A program made the translations under genes and the position numbers. Below the pieces are notes generated by a model that did no database searches, was not told where the DNA came from, and saw nothing but the letters and a program-made list of their open reading frames with translations. A stretch of 64,000 nt of DNA. Origin: an uncultured bacterium. Lineage in GTDB: Bacteria; Desulfobacterota_D; UBA1144; Nemesobacterales; UBA2774. Where the stretch lies: positions 1,408,001-1,472,000 of the forward strand of contig CAWGRW010000009.1 of assembly GCA_963825135.1 (NCBI GenBank), in the 5' to 3' direction. This document shows positions 1 through 10,412 of the stretch, piece by piece. Each line of letters starts with the position of its first letter. The stretch's first letter is position 1.

Positions 1-90
1 CGATTCGGGGTATATGTATGGGACTGTTTTGGACTCCGGTATCTTGAAGTCAAACTCGAATTTCATTCCGGGCTTTAACGAATCGCTCAT
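1..90 (-). CDS. Thioesterase family protein (fluoroacetyl-CoA thioesterase FlK-like), 5' part only, runs off the window
   Basis: Reverse complement reads MSDSLKPGMKFEFDFKIPESKTVPYIYPES, a typical N-terminus of this hotdog-fold family; AGGAG Shine-Dalgarno upstream. Not in the ORF track because it is truncated. Confidence 0.7.
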   Translation of the reverse strand, partial: MSDSLKPGMKFEFDFKIPESKTVPYIYPES

Positions 91-359
91 TTATCGACTC
101 TCCTGTTACTTCTTTTCTTATTCCGGGCTAATCTCCTTCTGGTCGAGACTCCAATGCCCGAACCCGGTTTTTTTATTATAGCTCAGAAGTTGTGATAAAC
201 AATCGGTTCAAATCCTTTGTGCATGGTTTGGCCTTCGAATCATAAATAAGAGGGCGGACTCGAACAATTGTTTAGCAGGGTCCGGGTTGAAGTGGAATAT
301 ATATCAACCTCGCCTTATATTTGTGTATACTGCTGTATACTCGAAATTGGGGGTGAAGC

Positions 360-563
360 ATGGCTGACGAAGTAAAAAAATTACACAGGTCGAGGACTGA
401 CAGGATGATAGCCGGTATCTGCGGAGGGCTGGGCGAGATGTTCTCTCTCGATCCCACCCTGATCAGGCTCGTGTTCGCGCTGATCGCTCTGTTCACGGTC
501 GGCACCGCCGCGCTCGTTTATATACTGGGCTGGATAATAATCCCCGAAGCCCCGGCCGAATAA
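360..563 (+). CDS. pspC: PspC domain membrane protein
   Basis: KKLHRSRTDRMIAGICGGLGE...DPTLIRL...YILGWIIIPE is the PspC signature. Confidence 0.9.
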   Translation: MADEVKKLHRSRTDRMIAGICGGLGEMFSLDPTLIRLVFALIALFTVGTAALVYILGWIIIPEAPAE

Positions 564-683
564 GCTTCCTCACGGATTTCTCGTTCATTCTTCAATAACG
601 TCTCTACCGGAGCGGGTAATGTATGATTACTCGCCGGTTTCCGGGTACGGTTCTTATCGGACGTCCCCCGTAAGGAGTATATC

Positions 684-1463
684 TTGATATATATAAATGT
701 AGCTGAAAAGGCCGCGAGAGAGGCGGGAGAGGTATTAAGGGCGAATCTGGGGAAGGTAAAGGAGATTACGTTCAAGGCTAAAAACAGCCTCGTGACCGAG
801 GTCGATAAGCTCTCCGAGGGCATCATAATCGACTCTATAAAGAGAAGCTTCCCGTCACATGACGTATTCGCCGAAGAGTCCGGGCGGTCTTCTACGAGCT
901 CGGAATACGTCTGGATAATAGACCCGCTCGACGGCACCACGAATTACGCTCACGGCTATCCGTTCTTTTCCATTTCGATTGCGCTCGAAATCGAGGGGAC
1001 GGTTAAGGCGGGTTTGGTTTACGACCCTGTGAAGGACGAGATGTTCTCGGCGGAGTTGGGGATGGGGGCTTTTATGAACGGGGAAGCGATACGAGTATCC
1101 GGCTCCGCCCGACTCGACGAGAGTCACCTGGTCACGGGCTTCGTACACGATGATGAAGCTATGGTCGAAGAGAATCTCAGGCACTTCGCGGATTTCATCC
1201 GGAGATCGAGGGCGGTAAGGCGAGACGGGTCTGCGGCGCTCGATCTTTGCTATGTCGCCTGCGGCAGGTTCGACGGCTTCTGGGAGCTAGGCCTCAACCC
1301 CTGGGATACGGCGGCTGGGGTCCTTATCGTTGAGGAAGCGGGGGGAAGGGTGACAAACTTCACAGGAGATGCATACAGTATCTATGTCAAGGAGATACTG
1401 GCTTCTAATAGTGTAATCCACAAAGAAATGATTGAAGTCCTCTCAATGAACCGGTCGAAATAA
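684..1463 (+). CDS. suhB: Inositol monophosphatase family protein
   Basis: WIIDPLDGTTNYAHG, GSAALDLCYVACGRFDGFWE and PWDTAAG motifs; AAGGAG upstream of a TTG start. Confidence 0.92.
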   Translation: MIYINVAEKAAREAGEVLRANLGKVKEITFKAKNSLVTEVDKLSEGIIIDSIKRSFPSHDVFAEESGRSSTSSEYVWIIDPLDGTTNYAHGYPFFSISIALEIEGTVKAGLVYDPVKDEMFSAELGMGAFMNGEAIRVSGSARLDESHLVTGFVHDDEAMVEENLRHFADFIRRSRAVRRDGSAALDLCYVACGRFDGFWELGLNPWDTAAGVLIVEEAGGRVTNFTGDAYSIYVKEILASNSVIHKEMIEVLSMNRSK

Positions 1464-1497
1464 AGGGTTCCTTCCTAATCGTCTATGCCTGTCTGGC

Positions 1498-1543
1498 AAA
1501 AAAATAAGGGTGAATCCTAGAATTTCTTCAAAGATTCACCCTT
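1498..1543 (-). terminator. Intrinsic terminator on the minus strand
   Basis: 11-bp perfect stem AAGGGTGAATC/GATTCACCCTT (1506-1516/1533-1543), extendable inward to a GAAA loop, followed by an A then a 7-U tract (1504-1498) on the minus strand. Confidence 0.8.
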
Positions 1544-1561
1544 TAGAGGATGGGGAATACG

Positions 1562-1624
1562 TTATGGCCGCGTTTTGGTAAATCTACAAAATATTCTCAC
1601 AAGTCGTTTCAATGCCGTTCCCAT
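1562..1624 (-). CDS. Candidate 20-aa basic small protein MGTALKRLVRIFCRFTKTRP, or part of an sRNA
   Basis: ATG...TAA ORF with SD-like AAGGG 7 nt upstream, lying between a sigma-54 promoter and a terminator. Confidence 0.4.
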   Translation of the reverse strand: MGTALKRLVRIFCRFTKTRP

Positions 1625-1665
1625 TTACTTGCCCTTAATTTCGTAAGTATTCACTGAATTTATTA

Positions 1666-1681
1666 TGCAATGTGTGTGCCA
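1666..1681 (-). promoter_or_regulatory. Sigma-54 (-24/-12) promoter
   Basis: Minus strand TGGCAC-ACACA-TTGCA is a perfect match to TGGCAC-N5-TTGCW. Confidence 0.8.
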
Positions 1682-1768
1682 AATGCCCTTATATTATGCA
1701 ATATGCTGTTATTATTGTACAATATTTGTTCTGTCCTGATGCGGAGCTCATTCTAATCTGCGTACATA

Positions 1769-1802
1769 GACAAATATTTTGCAGTTTTTGACAAAAATTG
1801 TC
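1769..1802. promoter_or_regulatory. Putative tandem enhancer (bEBP) binding sites
   Basis: Palindrome GACAA-AAA-TTGTC (1790-1802) and a degenerate copy GACAAATATTTTGC (1769-1782), 21 bp apart and about 90-120 bp upstream of the sigma-54 promoter. Confidence 0.5.
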
Positions 1803-1932
1803 GAGAGTCGGGGTGACGGATTCCGTAAGCCGGCGACAAACGAAGGGAGCGCCGAAAAAATACAATAGGATAATTCGGTTTTATTTATATATTATTGGAT
1901 TGATTATTCTCGATCGAGACCGGGGGCCATAA

Positions 1933-2982
1933 ATGTTCAAAACGGGTTCGAAAAAAGCCGCTTTCTTATTCCTGATTACCGCACTCGGCGGCGTCGGTCT
2001 CCATGCGTCCGCTCATGCTCAGGGTAATGAGGGACGGGAATCCCGTTACTATTATGTCGGAACGATCGGGGATGACCTTCCGGTTCAGATGGAGCTGGTA
2101 ATCGATTCCGGGGACGTTTCAGGGTCGTATATGTATGACAGAGTCGGCATACCGATCCCGCTTACCGGTGATATGGACAATGAATCTCGGAATATATCCC
2201 TGACCGAGCAGGATGATAAGGGACAGAAGACGGGAACGTTTAAAGGCGTTGTACGTAACGAAGGTAAGGGTTTCGGAAAGTTCATAGAAGGCGAATGGTC
2301 GAAGGCTAACGGCCTCGCGAAGCTGCCCTTTAAACTCACGAAGGTCGCCGACTTCGTCTCGGAAAAAGCTGTTAAAGCGTCTAAGTACGAGGCCGCATAT
2401 ATGTATCCTTCTTTAGTTGCCGGTACTAAGGCCTCCCTGGAAATAAATGAAAGTCTTACGAAGGAGGCAGCCGCGGAGAAGAAAAAGTTCACCGATGAGG
2501 CGGAGAAATTTTTCAGCTCTCAGGAATCGGCGGGGGAATGGCAGGAAGACTTCGGCTACTCGATTGAATATTATTCGCCGGAATTGATAAGCCTCTCGGG
2601 AGAGGTCTTTTCGTATACGGGGGGCGCCCACGGCAATACTTCTTACATGTCCTCGAATTACTGGATCAAAGACGACAAGGCGTTGCTGCTCGGTTTGTCG
2701 GACCTGTTCATGCCAAAGTCGAATTATTTAAAAGTCCTGTCCGATTATTGCATCAGTGACCTTGGAAAACAACAGGCGGGATGGGTGCTGAACGGAGAGC
2801 TCAAGGAGCTTAAAGCGGATTACCTGGGCGCGTTCGTAGTCTCGCCCGGGGGCCTGACGTTCGCTTTCGCCCCCTATGTGGCCGGACCATACGTCGAAGG
2901 GCCTTATTACGTTACCGTCGGTTACGGTGAGCTTAAAGGAATCATAAATCCCTCCGGCCCCCTTAAGCAGTTTCTGAAATGA
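1933..2982 (+). CDS. Secreted DUF3298/DUF4163 (PdaC/RsiV-like) domain protein
   Basis: Signal peptide (AHA cleavage site); YTGGAHG and F-x-PY-x-x-GPY-x-EG motifs. Confidence 0.8.
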   Translation: MFKTGSKKAAFLFLITALGGVGLHASAHAQGNEGRESRYYYVGTIGDDLPVQMELVIDSGDVSGSYMYDRVGIPIPLTGDMDNESRNISLTEQDDKGQKTGTFKGVVRNEGKGFGKFIEGEWSKANGLAKLPFKLTKVADFVSEKAVKASKYEAAYMYPSLVAGTKASLEINESLTKEAAAEKKKFTDEAEKFFSSQESAGEWQEDFGYSIEYYSPELISLSGEVFSYTGGAHGNTSYMSSNYWIKDDKALLLGLSDLFMPKSNYLKVLSDYCISDLGKQQAGWVLNGELKELKADYLGAFVVSPGGLTFAFAPYVAGPYVEGPYYVTVGYGELKGIINPSGPLKQFLK

Positions 2983-3184
2983 ACTGGAAGCGGTTAGTTC
3001 GTAATAATCGTCCCCTTTTCGGTTAGCATCCCGCTTAATATTTTAAGGGTACCCCCGAAGCCGGGAACGGTCGCGGAAAATGCTCACACATATTCCGGAA
3101 TAGGCATCGACCAATTTTGCATTACAATTATGATCTATCATCCTTTCTATATGAATAAATCATTCGTTCTCTCTGGAGATTGCT

Positions 3185-4849
3185 ATGACTGTTTCTGATA
3201 ATTTGCGTACTGAAGTTTTGGTTGTGGGTGCTGGACCTACCGGGCTCACTATGGCGTGCGAGCTTGCGAGGCACGGTATAATGCCGAGAATTATTGACAA
3301 GGCCCCGGCCCCTTCGGATAAATCGAAGGCCTTCGGGATCCATGCGCGGACGCTCGAGCTCTTCGAGAGCATGGGCATTGCGGATACCGTGCTCGGGCAA
3401 GGGAATATCTGTAACGGGTTCGATATGTACAATCACGGGAAGCCGCTCGCAAGCGTCTTATTCGACGGCCTTCCGTCCAAATACCCGTATTTTCTGATCC
3501 TCGCCCAGAGCGACACCGAAAAGGTACTTAACTCCCATATGGAATCGTACGGCATCCGGGTCGAGCGTGAGAAGGAGCTCGTCGGCATCGAGCAGAAGCG
3601 GGACTTTATTCGAGCCCGGATCAGGTTGAAGGACGGCTCGGAAGAATTAATCGACTGCTCTTATATAGCAGGGTGCGACGGGGCGCATAGCGCGGCACGG
3701 CATATTCTCAACCTCGAATTCAAGGGCGCCCCTTACCCGAATTACTGGCTCCTTGCCGACTGCGACCTCGACTGGAGGTACCCGCTCCACCATCTCTCGG
3801 TCTTTATCCATCCCTCGGGCGTGACGGCCTATTTCCCGCTTTACAGCGACAGGGGGAGGCTCATGTTCGAGCTCCCGGACGCCACGATAGATATGGAAAT
3901 GGCTGAGCCGACTATCGAAGACGTGAGACGGCTCATGAGCGAGAGGGAAATCGATTACAGGAGCGTCGGGAATCCCAACTGGCTCGCCTATTTCAAGCTC
4001 CACCACCGTATGGTCGATAAATACGGAGAAGGCCGGGTCTTCCTTTGCGGAGACGCCGCCCACATTCACAGCCCCATCGGCGGGCAGGGAATGAATACAG
4101 GGATACAGGATTCTTACAACCTGGCGTGGAAGCTAGCCCTCGTGCTCAAGGGGGAGTCTCCCGATAGCCTCCTCGATAGCTACAATACGGAAAGACACCG
4201 CGTGGGCGAGGGCGTAGTCGGCTTGACGGACATGGCCACGAAGATGATAGGGCTGCACAACCCCGTTCTCGCCGCCGTTCGGAATAAGCTCATAGGCACT
4301 CTGTCGAAATTAGACCCGGTCCAGGAGAAGCTGCTGACGACCCTCTCTCAGATAGAGATAAACTACAGGGAAAGTCCGATTGTGCTCGAAAGGTGGTATC
4401 AGCCGGACTCGATCGAAGGGTTCCACGGATACAGGCGTGACCTCGAAGCCGGGGAGCGGGTAAAGGACTATGCTCTCCTGAGCCTCGACGGAAGCGGCGG
4501 AGCGCAGCTCTACGATCTTCTGAAAGAAGTCAGGCACAAACTGCTCCTTTTCACGGGCGCCCGGCCGGAGGACATGGAATTCGATGAATTGAGAAAAATT
4601 TACCGCTCCATAAAAGCGGAATACGGAGACATGATTGCCGTTCATACGATCGCGGGCACAAACGCTCTGCCGCCCGATTTCATAAAGACGAATTCCCTAT
4701 GGATGGATAAGGATTTGGTAATGCACCGCGATTTCGGAGCCGCGAAATCGAGCCTGTATCTCATACGCCCGGACGGCTACATTGGATTCAGGAACCAGCC
4801 CGCGAGCCTGAGCGACCTCCTCGAATATCTCCCTGTAATATTGCTCTGA
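3185..4849 (+). CDS. FAD-dependent monooxygenase (aromatic hydroxylase family, with thioredoxin-like C-terminal domain)
   Basis: VLVVGAGPTG, GCDGAHS, GDAAHIHSPIGGQGMNTGIQD and LIRPDGYIG motifs. Confidence 0.9.
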   Translation: MTVSDNLRTEVLVVGAGPTGLTMACELARHGIMPRIIDKAPAPSDKSKAFGIHARTLELFESMGIADTVLGQGNICNGFDMYNHGKPLASVLFDGLPSKYPYFLILAQSDTEKVLNSHMESYGIRVEREKELVGIEQKRDFIRARIRLKDGSEELIDCSYIAGCDGAHSAARHILNLEFKGAPYPNYWLLADCDLDWRYPLHHLSVFIHPSGVTAYFPLYSDRGRLMFELPDATIDMEMAEPTIEDVRRLMSEREIDYRSVGNPNWLAYFKLHHRMVDKYGEGRVFLCGDAAHIHSPIGGQGMNTGIQDSYNLAWKLALVLKGESPDSLLDSYNTERHRVGEGVVGLTDMATKMIGLHNPVLAAVRNKLIGTLSKLDPVQEKLLTTLSQIEINYRESPIVLERWYQPDSIEGFHGYRRDLEAGERVKDYALLSLDGSGGAQLYDLLKEVRHKLLLFTGARPEDMEFDELRKIYRSIKAEYGDMIAVHTIAGTNALPPDFIKTNSLWMDKDLVMHRDFGAAKSSLYLIRPDGYIGFRNQPASLSDLLEYLPVILL

Positions 4850-4896
4850 GCGCGAAACATTATATAATTCGAATATAGGGGTAAAGGAGGTGCGTT

Positions 4897-5433
4897 ATGG
4901 GCAATGAGTCGACAGTTGAGCAGAAAAGCATGGTGGAAATCTGGGATAAGCACACGAAGTGCGAGTTCGAGACTAAGGATACGGATGAAACGATGCGGAC
5001 CATGACCGGGGAGCCTCACGTCAATCACGTCCCTGTAATGACCGGGGGCACCGGCTGGAACGATGTCCGTGATTTTTATTCGAAACACTTTATTCCGCAT
5101 CAGCCTGATGACGTTGAGCTCGTCCTGGTGTCCCGCACCGTCGGGAGCGACATGGTGGTTGATGAGCTGATATTTAAATTTACTCATAACATTGACATGC
5201 CCTGGATGCTTCCCGGCATACCTCCGACCGGGAAAAAGGTCGAGCTGCCGCTCGTCGTCCTGGTCGGGTTTAAGGACGGTAAAATTTCAAGCGAGCACAT
5301 TTATTGGGACCAGGCTTCGGTACTCGTTCAGATAGGGGTATTAAATGCGGACAATCTGCCGGTAGCGGGGGTGGAAACGGCGCGTAAGGTGCTTGACCCC
5401 GCTCTGCCGTCCAATCAATTGATGAGTAGATAA
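4897..5433 (+). CDS. SnoaL-like (NTF2 fold) ester cyclase family protein
   Basis: PHVNHVPVMTGG, WMLPGIPPTG and EHIYWDQASVLVQIG motifs; AAGGAGG SD. Confidence 0.85.
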   Translation: MGNESTVEQKSMVEIWDKHTKCEFETKDTDETMRTMTGEPHVNHVPVMTGGTGWNDVRDFYSKHFIPHQPDDVELVLVSRTVGSDMVVDELIFKFTHNIDMPWMLPGIPPTGKKVELPLVVLVGFKDGKISSEHIYWDQASVLVQIGVLNADNLPVAGVETARKVLDPALPSNQLMSR

Positions 5434-5435
5434 CG

Positions 5436-5822
5436 TCAAGGTAGAGCGAGCCCCGGAAGTAATTCCTTAATAGACTTTTTTAAGAACTCTCTCTCGTAGA
5501 CCTCCTCCTCGACGACCTCCCCGTTCCAGACGAGGATGTCGAGGTCGATTATCCTTGGGCCGTACTTGTCATCCGTTTTTACACGCCCCAGTTCTGCTTC
5601 CAGTTTTCTCAACCACGATTTTAGGCCGCCGGCGTCCGATTCCGTCTCGATCAGGAGGGCTCCGTTTATGAATCTGTCCTGCTCCTTAAACCCCACGGGC
5701 TCGGTCTCGACGAACGAGGAGGACTTTATTATTTTGAATTCTCCGCCTATCGCATCCTTTGCCTTGCGTATGTTTTCTTCGGGATGAATGTTGGAGCCGA
5801 GTCCTATCACTGCCCTGTTCAT
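5436..5822 (-). CDS. folK: 2-amino-4-hydroxy-6-hydroxymethyldihydropteridine diphosphokinase
   Basis: IGLGSN and GPRIIDLDIL motifs; next to folB. Confidence 0.92.
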   Translation of the reverse strand: MNRAVIGLGSNIHPEENIRKAKDAIGGEFKIIKSSSFVETEPVGFKEQDRFINGALLIETESDAGGLKSWLRKLEAELGRVKTDDKYGPRIIDLDILVWNGEVVEEEVYEREFLKKSIKELLPGLALP

Positions 5823-5846
5823 GTTAGTTTCTAAAGCACCGCATGC

Positions 5847-6197
5847 TCATTTCGATTCCGAGTGTATGACGGAAACGGTATCGGCGAAGCGGAGCGCCCC
5901 GGGCTTGTCCACCCTGGCAGTCGCTTTACTCACCCTGGCGTCCTCTAGGATTATCTTCACTACGTCGCCCGCGATCCTTTCTATCAGGTTGAACTCTCTG
6001 CCCTCGACCTCGGAAATGATTCTTTTCGTTAAGGACTTATAATCGACGGTAAGCGCGATATCGTCCTTCTCCACTGCCTCCCTGCCGTCGAATTCGATCT
6101 CGATGTTTATGACGATGTCCTGCTTTACCTTCTTCTCCCACTCGAAGATGCCGACCACGGTCCTCAGTCTCAGGTTCTCGATCTTTATTATCACCAT
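5847..6197 (-). CDS. folB: Dihydroneopterin aldolase/epimerase (FolB/FolX family)
   Basis: GIFEWE...Q, VDYKSL, LIERIA and DKPGALRFA motifs. Confidence 0.85.
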   Translation of the reverse strand: MVIIKIENLRLRTVVGIFEWEKKVKQDIVINIEIEFDGREAVEKDDIALTVDYKSLTKRIISEVEGREFNLIERIAGDVVKIILEDARVSKATARVDKPGALRFADTVSVIHSESK

Positions 6198-6206
6198 ATT
6201 CTCCCG

Positions 6207-6921
6207 TCAGCCCAAGTGCCGTCCCCCGTCGACGAACAGACACTCCCCGGTCACATAACTGTTATCGAGTATATATTTTAACGCCGTTATCACGTGGTCG
6301 GGATGCCCCGGCTTTCCGAGCGGTGTATGCCTCGATATGCGTCTCAGGTATTTCGAGTCCTTCCCCGGGAGGCGGGAGTATGGGTCCGGGGCATATGCCG
6401 TTTACGCGTATTCCGGGTCCGAGCGCCTTTGCAGCCATGAGCGTGAAGTCGCGGAGCGCTCTCTTGCTCAGGCTGTAAACGAAGTGATCGGGTTCGATCC
6501 TGGAAACCCTTGTATCCAGCATGTTGACTATTATTTCGGCTGACTTCCGCCTGCTGAATTCCTGGGACAGGAAGAAAGGCGCCTTGAAATTGAGAGTGAA
6601 TTCCCTGTCGAACGATTCCTCGGTAACTTTCATAAAGTCCCTGTCTTCAAAGATAGACGCGTTATTGATGAGAAGGGAGCAGTAAGGAAACGCGCGGAAT
6701 ACCCGCTCCGTCAGGGTTTTAATGTTCTTTATCTCCGAGAGGTCGGCCTTGAATATTTCACACTTTTTTCCTGCGGTTTTGATCTCTTCCGCCGTCTTCC
6801 CGGCCCCTTTCTCCGAGCTGTTATAGTGTAGTGCTATGTCGTAACCCATGCCGGCAAGGGCGAGAGCCATCGCCCTGCCGAGCCTCCCCCCCGCACCCGT
6901 TATTAGCGCCGCCTTTTTCAT
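6207..6921 (-). CDS. Pteridine reductase-like SDR (FolM-like), one apparent +1 frameshift near 6350-6366
   Basis: TGAGGRLG, LHYN, NNAS and YxxxK motifs. After PGPILPPPG the conserved tail YLRRISRHTPLGKPG...YVTGECLFVDGGRHLG* continues in another frame to TGA at 6209-6207. Confidence 0.85.
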
Positions 6922-7181
6922 TACCGTTATGTCCCGAGCCTGCCTGAGCCCTTATTTTAAACACGGACAGTATAGCACACCGGGCGCTGGCGGCTAAGCC
7001 GCCGGGACCTGCGATTCGAGGAGGTCCCGATTCGGAATGCTGTCTGCGTCGCCTCCTCAAATCATGTGCAGGAATCCATTCCGATTAAGGGACGGCATGA
7101 AATTATCGATTCTGTTTCATATCTCCCGCCGAATTGGTGTAGAATTAAACGAATTGCATTCTTCCTGGCAGAGGCGGATAC

Positions 7182-7952
7182 ATGGCGAAAAGACCGGTTA
7201 AATCGAAACCCCACGTACTCGGAATAGATATAGGAGGGACGGGTATCAAGTCCGCCCCCGTCGATATTGAAAAGGGCGTCCTTCTGGGGGAGAGGTACCG
7301 CGTCGATACCCCTCACCCGGCGACCCCCAAGAGCATGCTCGCAGCGATAGGTGGTATCGTCGAGCACTGGAAATGGACCGGGCCTCTCGGGTGCGGCTTC
7401 CCGGGCGTGATGAAGAGCGGGGAGGTATATACGGCCTCGAACCTCTCAAAGAAATGGGTGGGCGTGAATATCAGAGACGAGATAGAAAAGATATCCCCCT
7501 GCAAGGCGGTTGTAATAAACGATGCGGATTCCGCCGGGCTCGCCGAGATGAAATTCGGAGCCGCGGAGAAATACAACCGGCACGGCGGCGGAGTAGTCCT
7601 CATGGTCACGCTCGGGACGGGCGTAGGTACGGCGCTCTTCGTCGACGGGCACCTGGTCCGGAATACGGAATTGGGGCATATCGAGATCGACGGGGAAGAC
7701 GCGGAAAAGCGCGCGGCCGAGATCCACAGAGAGATCGAAGGGCTAAGCTGGAAGAAATGGGGCAAGAGGGTGAATAAATATTTAGAGCACATCGAAAGGC
7801 TATTATCTCCCGACCTTATTATTATCGGAGGCGGAATCAGCAAGAAATCGGACAAGTTTTTCCCGTATATAAAAGTCAGAGCCGCGATCGTGCCTGCAAA
7901 GATGCAGAACGACGCCGGTATCGTCGGTGCCGCGCTCGCTTCCGAGCTTTAA
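7182..7952 (+). CDS. ppgK: Polyphosphate glucokinase (ROK family)
   Basis: GIDIGGTGIK, TPHPATP, NDADSAGLAE, TLGTGVG, NTELGH and GGGISKK motifs. Confidence 0.88.
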   Translation: MAKRPVKSKPHVLGIDIGGTGIKSAPVDIEKGVLLGERYRVDTPHPATPKSMLAAIGGIVEHWKWTGPLGCGFPGVMKSGEVYTASNLSKKWVGVNIRDEIEKISPCKAVVINDADSAGLAEMKFGAAEKYNRHGGGVVLMVTLGTGVGTALFVDGHLVRNTELGHIEIDGEDAEKRAAEIHREIEGLSWKKWGKRVNKYLEHIERLLSPDLIIIGGGISKKSDKFFPYIKVRAAIVPAKMQNDAGIVGAALASEL

Positions 7953-7966
7953 AATCAGGCATTTTC

Positions 7967-7995
7967 TTGCATTCTCGGGTTCGATGTGTGATAAT
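7967..7995 (+). promoter_or_regulatory. Possible sigma-70 promoter upstream of tkt
   Basis: TTGCAT-17 bp-GATAAT. Confidence 0.4.
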
Positions 7996-8284
7996 GGCAG
8001 AAGTAATAATCTTTGTTTCCTAAACTTATGATTCCGCATGTCTGAGGTTGCAATTTGTTTCGCAGGGAAGCTCACAGGCGCATTGTAAAAGGGATTGCCG
8101 GAGATGTCCATCAAATAAATCGGTCCTTTCGCTCAGGCGCAGTCATCACATTATTCTGTCCTGGGACCCGTGTAATTCCTGATAAAACAATATCGCCGCG
8201 GATTGCGTTTTCGGTACCGTTCTTTTCCGTCTTAATACTATATTCACATTAATTCTCAAAATTATATATACGAGGAGAAACGAA

Positions 8285-10342
8285 ATGGAGTCGATGCCTA
8301 AAATAAATAGAGACAAACTCGAACAGTTGATAATAAATACCATAAGGACCCTCTCGATGGATGCGGTACAGAAGGCCAACTCCGGACATCCCGGCACACC
8401 TATGGCCCTTGCCCCGGTGGCGTTCACAATTTGGGATAAATTCATGAAATTCAACCCTAAGAACCCCGACTGGCCCAACCGCGACAGGTTCGTTCTATCG
8501 AACGGTCACGCGTCGATGCTCCTTTACAGCCTCCTTCACCTCACGGGATACGACTTGTCTCTGGACGATATTAAGACGTTCAGGCAGCTCCACAGCAAGT
8601 GCGCGGGCCACCCGGAATACGGTCTCACCCCCGGGGTCGAGACTACGACGGGGCCGCTCGGTCAGGGCGTCGCCACGTCGGTGGGCATGGCGATCGCCGA
8701 AAAATGGCTCGCTTCTTATTTCAACAGGCCGGGTCACGAGATTATTAATTACAACGTCTACGCTATAGACGGCGACGGATGCATGATGGAGGGCATATCG
8801 GGCGAGGCGGCTTCTCTCGCCGGGCACCTGGGGCTGAACAACCTCATCTGGTTCTACGACAACAATCATATAACCATAGAAGGGCACACCGCGCTCGCCT
8901 TCAGCGAAGACGTGGCGGCCAGGTTCATGGGATATAACTGGCACGTACAGCGGGTAGGGGACGCGAACGATCTCGAGATGCTGGCCGAAGCGATCGAGAG
9001 GGCGTTTAAGGAGAACGAGCAGCCCTCTTTGATAATAGTCGACAGCCATATCGGGTACGGCAGCCCGAACAAGCAGGACACGTCGGCCGCTCACGGAGAG
9101 CCGCTCGGCGACGAGGAAATAAGAAAGACGAAGATTAATTACGGATGGGACCCCGATAAGAAATTCTACGTGCCCGAAGAGGTAAAGGGATACAGAGAAG
9201 CCGTAATCAGGAAAGGCGCGGTCTCAGAAGACGAATGGGATAAGAAGTTCAGCGCGTACGAGCGCGTATATCCCGACCTCGCCAAGCAGTTCCGGCAGCT
9301 TCAGCAGAGGGAAATGCCCGAGGAGTGGGAAAAGAGCCTTCCGGTATTCCCCGCAAACCCCAAGGGCCCCGCGACACGCTCCGCCAACAGCAAGATACTG
9401 AATTCCATAGTCCACGTGTACCCGTTCCTCCTGGGAGGGGCCGCCGACGTGGGCTCTTCTACAAAAACATACATCGACGGCGCGAACAGTTTCGAGAAGG
9501 GGATTTACGACGGCAGGAACTTCCACTTCGGAATCAGGGAGAACGCCATGGCCGCGGCCGCAAACGGCATGGCGCTCAGCAAGCTGAGACCTTATACGGC
9601 TACGTATTTCGTTTTCTCCGATTATATGAGGGCCCCGCTCAGGCTCGCCTGCCTGATGCGGATACCTGTGATTTTTATATTCACTCACGATAGTATAGGT
9701 CTCGGAGAGGACGGGCCCACTCACCAGCCTATCGAGCACCTCGCATCACTGAGGGCCATCCCCAACCTGGATGTAATCAGGCCCGCCGATGCCAATGAAT
9801 TGAGTGTCCTCTGGAAACATATTATGAACTTGAAGGACCATCCGGTCGCCCTGATCCTGACGAGACAGGACGTGCCGACGTTCGACAGGAGCGTTTACGC
9901 CCCAGCCGAAGGCGCTCTCAAGGGCGCCTACATTCTCGCTGACAGTAAACCCGGGCCGGACGTCATATTGATCGGCACGGGCTCGGAAGTCCAGCTTTGC
10001 CTGGACGCCTACGAGATACTAAAAAAGCAGGGGATCAAGGCGCGCGTCGTCAGCATCCCCTCGTGGCTCCTCTACGAGATGCAGTCGCCGGACTATAAAG
10101 AGGAAGTCCTGCCGTCGGCCGTAAAGGCCAGGGTGTCGGTGGAGATGGGCTCCACGTTCGGCTGGTGCAGGTATGCCGGGTCGGGCGATCAGAGCGGCAT
10201 GATAGGCATCAGCACTTTCGGCGAGTCAGCCCCGATAGGCGATCTTCTTCCCGAGTTCGGGTTCACTGTCGATCACGTCGTCGCCAAGGCGAAAGAGGTC
10301 CTCAACTTAAATGACGGGAAAGTCAAAAAGTCGAAAAAATGA
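8285..10342 (+). CDS. tkt: Transketolase
   Basis: [23 protein letters not shown] and [16 protein letters not shown] motifs. Confidence 0.97.
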   Translation: MESMPKINRDKLEQLIINTIRTLSMDAVQKANSGHPGTPMALAPVAFTIWDKFMKFNPKNPDWPNRDRFVLSNGHASMLLYSLLHLTGYDLSLDDIKTFRQLHSKCAGHPEYGLTPGVETTTGPLGQGVATSVGMAIAEKWLASYFNRPGHEIINYNVYAIDGDGCMMEGISGEAASLAGHLGLNNLIWFYDNNHITIEGHTALAFSEDVAARFMGYNWHVQRVGDANDLEMLAEAIERAFKENEQPSLIIVDSHIGYGSPNKQDTSAAHGEPLGDEEIRKTKINYGWDPDKKFYVPEEVKGYREAVIRKGAVSEDEWDKKFSAYERVYPDLAKQFRQLQQREMPEEWEKSLPVFPANPKGPATRSANSKILNSIVHVYPFLLGGAADVGSSTKTYIDGANSFEKGIYDGRNFHFGIRENAMAAAANGMALSKLRPYTATYFVFSDYMRAPLRLACLMRIPVIFIFTHDSIGLGEDGPTHQPIEHLASLRAIPNLDVIRPADANELSVLWKHIMNLKDHPVALILTRQDVPTFDRSVYAPAEGALKGAYILADSKPGPDVILIGTGSEVQLCLDAYEILKKQGIKARVVSIPSWLLYEMQSPDYKEEVLPSAVKARVSVEMGSTFGWCRYAGSGDQSGMIGISTFGESAPIGDLLPEFGFTVDHVVAKAKEVLNLNDGKVKKSKK

Positions 10343-10412
10343 TGTAGATTTAACATTTGCTTTCACGCTCCGTTTTTATGGAACGAATAACTCTGTGAAC
10401 GGGAGATAGACG

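Noticed and set aside
324..341. TGTATACT direct repeat with 10-bp period upstream of pspC
   Set aside because: Only two short copies, most simply explained as -10-like elements; too weak to call an operator
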